Sequence record: MW218148.1
Strand: one strand, 5' to 3'
Length of the DNA: 64,000 nt
The position numbers and the translations under genes are program-made. The notes under the pieces are model-generated. The model had not been told where the DNA came from. It made no database searches and was given only the letters and a program-made list of their open reading frames with translations. The number at the start of each line of letters is the position of its first letter. Positions within the stretch are counted from its first letter, which is position 1. Positions 57,212 to 64,000 of this stretch are shown in pieces.

Positions 57212-57231
57212 CACTTTTATAATATATATTT
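57212..57231 (-). promoter_or_regulatory. Early-type promoter motif
   Basis: AAATATATATTATAAAAGTG on the minus strand, one mismatch to the consensus. Confidence 0.6.
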
Positions 57232-57300
57232 AAAAACTATTTACAAAAAAAAAAAGAAGAATCTTAAGATTCTTCTTTTAATACATTTGTAGGTTATATT

Positions 57301-58278
57301 TTAAAATATTCCTTTCTTCAGTCTTATTATATCTTGAATTGTAGTTATTTCAATATTCTCTTTTTTAGCTTTATATTCTACTAATGAATTTGCTTCCAAG
57401 AATATTTTATAATTATTCATTCTCTTTAAATCAGACCAATTAAAACCATTTCTTAAAAGATATTGTTTGGCTTCTTGATAGTCAGTATTAATTGCTCTAT
57501 CAAAGTAAGTTTTATCCAATTTTTCTCTTTCTAAAAATTCTCTCACTAATTTTCTTTTTTCACTATTTATTTTTTCTTCTTCTTTATTTATATCCCTTAC
57601 AATGTTAAAATCAAGATCATATTCTATACCTTCATTAATATATATAAATTCATCTCCTCTTACTTGTTTTTCCATTTTTTCTCTTGCCAATTCTTCAACC
57701 AATTTTTCTTCAGATCTAAGAAATACATTTTCGAAGTATTCTCTATCAAATTTATACTTACCATTAGAAAGATCTATAACTATAAATGGATATTCTGGTT
57801 CTCTTACCAGACCCGGACCAGCTTTTATATTTCTGCCTTTTTTATTTTTTATCAGTTTTCTAAGTCTCATTTTACCAACTGAATCTTCCTTTCTAAAACC
57901 TATAAAATCATTAAGTCTATATATATTATAATCTTTATCTACAGCAAATATTCTTTTCCCTCTAGTTAACATATCCATTCTATTAAGATATTCTAATTCT
58001 TCTCCTGTAATATTAAATTCAAAATCCATCTTTCTTTCGAATCCTTTGAAGTCACAGTTTCTTATACAATCTTTCATTGTATCAAATTTTTTAATATACA
58101 TCTTTTCTTCTACTGCGTCATTATGTTCACTACCAATAGAATCAATAAGAATATTTATCGTACTTGAAAAAGTAGATCCTTTACCATCATCTATTTTTCT
58201 TCTTCCCATAAATTTGTCTACTTTGTCATAATATACATTATACTTCTCTTGTATACTTTTTCTATATTTAATACCCAT
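57301..58278 (-). CDS. Hypothetical protein
   Basis: 325 aa charged ORF with RBS AAAGGATGG. Confidence 0.7.
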   Translation of the reverse strand: MGIKYRKSIQEKYNVYYDKVDKFMGRRKIDDGKGSTFSSTINILIDSIGSEHNDAVEEKMYIKKFDTMKDCIRNCDFKGFERKMDFEFNITGEELEYLNRMDMLTRGKRIFAVDKDYNIYRLNDFIGFRKEDSVGKMRLRKLIKNKKGRNIKAGPGLVREPEYPFIVIDLSNGKYKFDREYFENVFLRSEEKLVEELAREKMEKQVRGDEFIYINEGIEYDLDFNIVRDINKEEEKINSEKRKLVREFLEREKLDKTYFDRAINTDYQEAKQYLLRNGFNWSDLKRMNNYKIFLEANSLVEYKAKKENIEITTIQDIIRLKKGIF

Positions 58279-58340
58279 TTTTAATCCATCCTTTATTATT
58301 TTTTTTTTATTTACAACTTTTAAGATTTTCTATATAATAT

Positions 58341-58460
58341 TTACTTCTTTTGATACATCTTGATCGTTTCCCTCATCCACTTTGCTTTCTTTGCCGCTTT
58401 CTTCGCCATTGCTCTGTTTCTCTTGTGATTGAGTATCATTTGCTTAATTATCTCTTTCAT
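58341..58460 (-). CDS. 39-aa highly basic miniprotein (below the track cut-off)
   Basis: RBS AAAGGATGG, MKEIIKQMILNHKRNRAMAKKAAKKAKWMRETIKMYQKK. Confidence 0.65.
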   Translation of the reverse strand: MKEIIKQMILNHKRNRAMAKKAAKKAKWMRETIKMYQKK

Positions 58461-58561
58461 TTTTAATCCATCCTTTTTATTTAAATTAGTTGATAGTTAT
58501 TATCAACTTCATAATTATAATATAAATTTATAAATTAATTTATTACGGAAAAACATACTTT

Positions 58562-58573
58562 AACATAGCCTTA
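58562..58573 (+). promoter_or_regulatory. Late-type promoter AACA-N6-TA
   Basis: AACA-TAGCCT-TATT upstream of the baseplate operon. Confidence 0.55.
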
Positions 58574-58595
58574 TTAAAAATAATGATCGATAGGG

Positions 58596-59558
58596 GTGAC
58601 AAGAGAATTGGCTGAAGATAATTTTAAAAAGGCGTTAAAAAAAGAAGGAGATATTCATGAAATAAAATCCTTTAATCCATATAGAATGAAAGATAAAAAC
58701 TCAGAAATATTTAATAAAGGTCTACCTTTTATTTTCTTTACAGCACCTAGACTTAATCTAGTTGATGATAATCTAGGTAGAGAAGGTTTCTTTCTTTATT
58801 TAAGAGCAGTTAAACCTGATTTATTAAAAAGTCTTAACTTCAGTAATGCTGGAGCTTTAAGTTCTGGTAAACCGTTTATGCCAATTCTTTCTAATAGATT
58901 TATGGGAATATCTATTCCTGATACACAAACTACAATGAAAGAATTCCATGAGACATTTTATGGTTATAAACAGCATTTACCTATAGGTAATGTTAACTCC
59001 CTTGCTGGTGGAGAAATTACGGTTGATTTTGAGGAAAATAAAGAAATAGATATAATACACTTGATTAAAGCGTGGAGTGAGTATATAGAAGGTATTACAA
59101 GAGGATATATGTATCCTTCTGATGATGCTAAGAATAAAAGATATATAGACTATACTAGTTCTATATATTATTTCTTATTAGATTTTGATGGAGAGACTAT
59201 TCTTCATTACTCTAAATATACTGGTTGCTTCCCTATTAATGTACCTTATGATGTATTTTCACAAAATATTGGAGAAGATCCAGAAGTTCCTCATGTATCA
59301 ATTAACTTTGCTTATTCATATAAAGAAGATATGAACCCAGATACTCTAGTTGATTTTAATTCAGTATCTACTATGGCAACTAGTATAGCTAATGCTTCAG
59401 GAACTCAACCTATTAAAGCTAAAATTAATACTGTATCTATGGGTAATAAATTAAATTATGATGAAATGTATCCAGTTGATACGGGAAATCCGTACGTAGT
59501 TATGGGGCAAAGAAAAGAAGATAAAGCTAAACCAAAATATAGATTAAGATTTTTATAA
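58596..59558 (+). CDS. Tail-tube-fold baseplate protein (T4 gp48/gp54-like)
   Basis: GISIPD..EITVDFEE..HLIKAWSEYI..DYTSSIYYFLLD..YSKYTGCFPINVP is a tube-fold pattern; likely start is the TTG of MAEDNF. Confidence 0.65.
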   Translation: MTRELAEDNFKKALKKEGDIHEIKSFNPYRMKDKNSEIFNKGLPFIFFTAPRLNLVDDNLGREGFFLYLRAVKPDLLKSLNFSNAGALSSGKPFMPILSNRFMGISIPDTQTTMKEFHETFYGYKQHLPIGNVNSLAGGEITVDFEENKEIDIIHLIKAWSEYIEGITRGYMYPSDDAKNKRYIDYTSSIYYFLLDFDGETILHYSKYTGCFPINVPYDVFSQNIGEDPEVPHVSINFAYSYKEDMNPDTLVDFNSVSTMATSIANASGTQPIKAKINTVSMGNKLNYDEMYPVDTGNPYVVMGQRKEDKAKPKYRLRFL

Positions 59559-59580
59559 GAAAGAGAGTTGAAAATAATAA

Positions 59581-62568
59581 ATGGCTATAACACAGTATTT
59601 CTCTAATGAACAAGAGAAACTTGATTTTCTTAATAAAGCTAATATAGACACAGAAAGTGTTATTAAGATAGGTAGTACTTCATATGATGTCAAAGACAAG
59701 TGGTTTAATATGGCTGCTAAGTTCTTTGAAATTGATACAGAGAATACTCCTATTGATGAAAATGAAGATGAAGATTTAATTTCATTACTTAAAGCTGGAT
59801 TATTCGGTTATATTAATGAAATTAATTCACATGAAGTTAAAAATGCTATATATCATAGAAATGTATTATATGATGAGTTATTCTTAAATACAGCATCAAT
59901 ACCTATGTCTATATACAACTTCGCTAAGTTATATAACGTACCTATTCAAATGGCTAAACCTGCTAACTTTAAAGTAGATTTTGTTATTAGAAAAGATGAT
60001 ATATTAAAATTACCTTCTAAGGAAATTGTATCGTCACAAGAAATAGATAAGAAGAAATCATTAAAAACTTATGAAGTCTCTTTATCTAAAGAACAAGAAT
60101 TCACTATAGGTAACTTTAAGTACTGTTTACCTTATGATGTATCAATGGTATTAAAACAGTATCCAATTACTAGAGATGGTAAAGAAGCTATTGATTATAA
60201 AATTACTGCTAGATACGATGTAGACAATAATCTATTTAAGTTTTCTTCTATTATAGATAATAATATTAAAGTGTCTAAAAATATAATCAATGGTGTTGAT
60301 TATATGTATTTCTCTTTAGACCTTTATCAAATTGAAAGAGTATCTAAAGAATTTAACGTTACTACAAATGATATTGCTGAAAATATTTATTTTAATTCAA
60401 ATTATGATAATCAATTAGCTGGTTTTAATGTATTCTATGAATATATGGGAGATAGAACTCCTATGGAAACTTACTTTAATAATACATTCACACCAGAAAC
60501 AGGAAATCCATTCTGCTACTATAATTTTAAAGATGATAACACTTTAGAAATATCATTTTCAAATATAGCTAACTCATTTAGACCTAAAGCTAACAGTAAG
60601 ATAATAGTTGAAACTTTAACTACTAAAGGTGAAATGGGTAACTTTTCTTATAATGATACACTTAAAGTAGAAATTAATACTGGTAATACATTTGAAAAAG
60701 TGCCGGTGTCAATTCTTCCTAAAGGAAATTCAGTTGATGGTAAAAACAGACCTGATGTTTATACAGAAAAGAGAAGAATAATTAATAAAGCTATTACTAG
60801 AGATAATATCATTACTGACTTTGATGTTAAGAATTATTTCAATGACATTAATGATAACAATAACATTAATAACTCTTTCATTAACTTTATTAAGAAACGT
60901 AATGATCTTTATACACGTATGTATAATGCATTCTTATTGTTAAGGGATAGTGATAAGAAAGTAATGCCTACAAATACAGCACCGTATATAGAATTTCCTA
61001 AACAATATTTCATTGGAAACACTTCTTTAGGAAATGAAGAAGACGGTTATGTTATTCCGGAAAATAGTTTATTCAGATATGACGGAGATACCAAAAAATA
61101 TGTCCACATTGAAAAAGGATTAGACGATCCTACTGAAAAAGAAAAGTTTGAAAAAGATAAAGATTCACTTTATTATGTTAACCCTTATTTGATTAAGGTT
61201 AATAAGTATCCATTTTTATCTACTAACTATTATAAAGTTCATGTAAATGATTTATTCTCTACTGAGTATAAATACATTAATGAATTAATACCAAATAATA
61301 TAACTACTACTGACTTATATGTAGAAAAGTTAAATGACTTTAAAAATACATTAGAGTCTGATACTTTTAAATTTAGCTTAGAAATTGGTATGGATAGTTC
61401 GATACAAGAAATGAAGGATTTATTAAAGGTAAGAGCAGTATTAATTTCTCAAGAAACTGGTGAGAGATATGGTTACTTTGAATTAAATCCAGAAGAAAGT
61501 ATTGAATCTGAAAATAATATTATTGATGAATCTGATTCAGCTTCAGACAAATCATCTTTATATTCAGGTATGATTTCTACAAATAGATCTTTCCATGATG
61601 GTAAGTTATCTATTACTGACTCTCTTTATAATGATAAAGGTGTAGTACAAGATAATGTATTTATTGATGAGAAATTTGTAGTTAAAGTTGGTTTACTTTA
61701 TAAAGATGAAGATATGAGATATTTTAATGACCTTGATATATCTGATGAGATGAATTTCTTTAAAGATTCTTTCCCTGATCATAGAGAAGAAGATATAAAA
61801 GATTATTCTTTAGCATGTTCTATGGAAACTTTTGAAGGTGTATCAATATACAAAGATATGTCTCATGTAATGAATAGTACTGTATCTATGACTAGTGATA
61901 AATGTAAAGTAGAACTTGTTCCTTTATTCTCATTAGGCTACTTCATGAATAATTATGAAGAAGTTTATACAGTATTGGAAGGATATAAAGAAATATTAGA
62001 AGACGCTATACCTAGATTACAAAATAATACTAGTATAGATATGAAGCTTTATAATACTAAAGGACCTTCTAATAATTATTATCTAGATACTGAATTAAAT
62101 GATGATAATTTAAATAATAAATATATCTCTAGAACAGATATTCTTTTAGATTTAGATATTACTCTTTATGCACCTATTAATGATTTCTTAGATGGAGAAA
62201 TTAAACGTTATATTTCTGACTTTGTAGAAGCATGTAACGAAAAAGGTGTACTACCTATATCTAACTTAATCAGATTATTAGAACAAAACTTCGATATAAT
62301 CAAGTATATAGTGTTCAATGGTATTTCTGGTAAGTATGCGGAAAAAGTAGACAACCATTACCAAAAACTACTTAATACTAATGTAGATTATATGGACTTA
62401 AGTAAACAACAAATTATTGAGTACGTTCCAGAATTTATCAATATTAAGAAAGTACTTAAAGATAATCAAGTTGAAGTGAGTAATGAAGACTCTGAAAGTG
62501 GAACTACAGTTATTGATCTAGGTTTATCTTATGATGATGTAGTTAATATAACTTATTCAATATCATAA
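59581..62568 (+). CDS. Baseplate wedge protein (T4 gp6/baseplate J-like)
   Basis: FLNTASIPMSIYNFAKLY, TLTTKGEMGNF, AITRDNIITDFD. Confidence 0.7.
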   Translation: MAITQYFSNEQEKLDFLNKANIDTESVIKIGSTSYDVKDKWFNMAAKFFEIDTENTPIDENEDEDLISLLKAGLFGYINEINSHEVKNAIYHRNVLYDELFLNTASIPMSIYNFAKLYNVPIQMAKPANFKVDFVIRKDDILKLPSKEIVSSQEIDKKKSLKTYEVSLSKEQEFTIGNFKYCLPYDVSMVLKQYPITRDGKEAIDYKITARYDVDNNLFKFSSIIDNNIKVSKNIINGVDYMYFSLDLYQIERVSKEFNVTTNDIAENIYFNSNYDNQLAGFNVFYEYMGDRTPMETYFNNTFTPETGNPFCYYNFKDDNTLEISFSNIANSFRPKANSKIIVETLTTKGEMGNFSYNDTLKVEINTGNTFEKVPVSILPKGNSVDGKNRPDVYTEKRRIINKAITRDNIITDFDVKNYFNDINDNNNINNSFINFIKKRNDLYTRMYNAFLLLRDSDKKVMPTNTAPYIEFPKQYFIGNTSLGNEEDGYVIPENSLFRYDGDTKKYVHIEKGLDDPTEKEKFEKDKDSLYYVNPYLIKVNKYPFLSTNYYKVHVNDLFSTEYKYINELIPNNITTTDLYVEKLNDFKNTLESDTFKFSLEIGMDSSIQEMKDLLKVRAVLISQETGERYGYFELNPEESIESENNIIDESDSASDKSSLYSGMISTNRSFHDGKLSITDSLYNDKGVVQDNVFIDEKFVVKVGLLYKDEDMRYFNDLDISDEMNFFKDSFPDHREEDIKDYSLACSMETFEGVSIYKDMSHVMNSTVSMTSDKCKVELVPLFSLGYFMNNYEEVYTVLEGYKEILEDAIPRLQNNTSIDMKLYNTKGPSNNYYLDTELNDDNLNNKYISRTDILLDLDITLYAPINDFLDGEIKRYISDFVEACNEKGVLPISNLIRLLEQNFDIIKYIVFNGISGKYAEKVDNHYQKLLNTNVDYMDLSKQQIIEYVPEFINIKKVLKDNQVEVSNEDSESGTTVIDLGLSYDDVVNITYSIS

Positions 62569-62610
62569 AAAATAATTAAAATATAAAATAAAGAAAGAGG
62601 TTTAAGAAGA

Positions 62611-63594
62611 ATGGCTAAAACATTTATTTCTGATTACCGTAAAAATCAAGCTAATCTTAATAGAAAAGCAGCTAATGCTTTAGAACAGAAAAAGTACAAT
62701 GATAGTATTAATGAAGAATTACAAGTATCAAAAGAAAAAGATTTAATTGCAGGTAGAAATAATAAATTACGTGCTAATAATAAAGTAGCTATTAATAATG
62801 CTAAAAACAAATCTGAGAAGGATCTTAAAGATTTAAACTCTCAAACAATTATGACAACTTTATTTTCAGCTTTAGTATTTAATACTTTCCCTAACAAAAT
62901 TGCGGATAAATCTAAATTACGTGAGAAAATTGTTTCTAAGAGTAGATTATTCTTTAATGAAGCTATGAATGCTGAATTAGCTACTTATCAAGGTAGTGAA
63001 GTATTCTCTAACGCTAAATTTAATGCAGATGTATATGCTAAAGATGCTCGTGGAGTAATTGATCCTAAGGATTCAATCAAAGGAGCTAAAGTAGTATATC
63101 AAAAAGGTAGAACTGAATTTGATTACTTAACAAACGTAGTTGCTAAGAAAATTGAATCAGCTGTAATCCGTGAATCTGAATTGGTTGATGTTCGTGAAAA
63201 GTTAAATGAAAGTTTAGCTGACACTCACAAAAAGAATAATAAAACTCTATTCCGTAGTTTACACGAATCAGCTATTAATAATATTGTAAATGATGAAGCT
63301 TATCTTAAAGAAGAAGTTTCTGCTGAAGAAGTTAATATGGATGCTTTAGTTGAAGCTACTTTAGACTACACTATTATGGAATTAATCCATACTGCTAAAT
63401 TAAGTACATTTAACATGGCTGAAGTTCAAAAAGCAGTTAAGAATGGTTCTATTAAAGTTAATACTAAACAGTCAAGTAAAGTTAATCCTGAAAATGGATC
63501 TACTAAACCTTCTGGTGACGGTGTTACGCCTAGAACTGTTGGTAATGAAAATAAAATTAAAACAGGTTCAGTTAAATTAAATAACGAAGAATAA
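62611..63594 (+). CDS. Probable prohead core/scaffold-type protein
   Basis: Helical, with INEE/LNES/LHES/LKEE sites and the motif DALVEATLDYTIMELIHTAKL. Confidence 0.45.
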   Translation: MAKTFISDYRKNQANLNRKAANALEQKKYNDSINEELQVSKEKDLIAGRNNKLRANNKVAINNAKNKSEKDLKDLNSQTIMTTLFSALVFNTFPNKIADKSKLREKIVSKSRLFFNEAMNAELATYQGSEVFSNAKFNADVYAKDARGVIDPKDSIKGAKVVYQKGRTEFDYLTNVVAKKIESAVIRESELVDVREKLNESLADTHKKNNKTLFRSLHESAINNIVNDEAYLKEEVSAEEVNMDALVEATLDYTIMELIHTAKLSTFNMAEVQKAVKNGSIKVNTKQSSKVNPENGSTKPSGDGVTPRTVGNENKIKTGSVKLNNEE

Positions 63595-63612
63595 AAAAAA
63601 ATAATATAAAAA

Positions 63613-63644
63613 TCCCCTAATACTATTAATTTAGTATTAGGGGA
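63613..63644. terminator. Bidirectional terminator, CCCCTAA hairpin family copy 5
   Basis: Identical to 34966-34997. Confidence 0.8.
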
Positions 63645-63650
63645 TATATT

Positions 63651-63998
63651 TTAAAAGTCATCAAATATTTTTCCTGGTTCAAAGGCTTTATCTTCTTCAC
63701 TGGCTTCTTTAGCTAAAGCATTATTTCTAAATTGATTAGCTATAGTTGACATTGTATTTTGTGCTCTTTCTGAGTTTATTGTATTCTCTAAATTAGAACC
63801 GATAGATTCCACACCTCTAATTTCTGCAGTACCCTCATCAACACTAAGTTTAAATGAGTTATCGAATGGTTGAGCAAAGTATTCAATTCTATCTTCACCC
63901 ATTTTACCACGACTAGCTATAAGTTTAAATGATAAATGATCGTCTTGACTCTCATCTTTAGCATTCTCTCTATTAATGATTATACCATAGTCTAAGTT
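63651..63998 (-). CDS. C-terminal end of a gene running off the window, possibly a DnaB-like helicase
   Basis: Frame is open to the window end: NLDYGIIINRE..HLSFKLIASRGKM..YFAQPF resembles the last RecA-fold strands of DnaB. Confidence 0.45.
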   Translation of the reverse strand, partial: NLDYGIIINRENAKDESQDDHLSFKLIASRGKMGEDRIEYFAQPFDNSFKLSVDEGTAEIRGVESIGSNLENTINSERAQNTMSTIANQFRNNALAKEASEEDKAFEPGKIFDDF

Positions 63999-64000
63999 TT

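Noticed and set aside
1967-58231. Many 60-135 aa ORFs antisense to or nested in long genes (for example 1967, 2563, 9203, 13283, 15244, 20948, 30673, 45212, 54071, 57602)
   Set aside because: Shadow ORFs of AT-rich coding strands: hydrophobic S/L/F/I bias, no RBS, fully overlapped by genes with clear motifs.
1-64000. CRISPR array, retron or other reverse transcriptase system, integrase, IS element
   Set aside because: No regularly spaced repeat-spacer array, no YxDD-type RT ORF and no recombinase or transposase motifs seen. AACTAG recurs at roughly 110-nt spacing in 32215-32562, but its flanks are not conserved.
1-64000. Phage-nucleus shell (chimallin) or PhuZ tubulin genes
   Set aside because: No tubulin GGGTG(S/T)G motif or recognisable shell protein in this window; nothing can be said about the rest of the genome.

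Overview
A very AT-rich 64-kb segment of a lytic AR9/PBS1-type (phiKZ-related) jumbo myophage. The host is probably Staphylococcus, inferred from two endolysins with lysostaphin/LysK-type SH3b domains. The window encodes the N-terminal half of a split family-B DNA polymerase, a T4 gp20-like portal, two virion RNAP subunits (beta and beta'-C), two non-virion RNAP subunits (beta'-C and an AR9 gp226-like sigma-type factor), an SF2 helicase, RNase HI, a FEN-type nuclease, dCMP deaminase, a guanylate-kinase-like enzyme, a GroEL-like chaperonin, two endolysins, baseplate/head/fibre proteins and a Hef-like homing endonuclease. Signals not explained by the ORF track: (1) a tRNA-like gene with an 8-nt anticodon loop followed by about 470 nt of back-to-back helices with a multiway junction, a candidate large structured ncRNA (32008-32644); (2) a start-less -1 frame ORF overlapping the end of a gp26-like gene, consistent with a G/GT-type programmed frameshift (44387-44692); (3) a 20-bp early-type motif (5 copies) and an AACA-N6-TA late motif (12 copies) which, with apparent conservation of the AR9 gp226 uracil-pocket residues, predict a uracil-DNA genome; (4) a collagen fibre with a docking tail followed by three paralogous LamG heads; (5) an N-terminal module shared by three virion genes; (6) an SSB-like protein carrying an internal copy of the Firmicute SSB tip ISDDDLPF; (7) a hairpin family with a conserved self-complementary loop. 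No CRISPR array, reverse transcriptase or integrase was seen. All homology calls come from motif recognition by eye; no searches were run.
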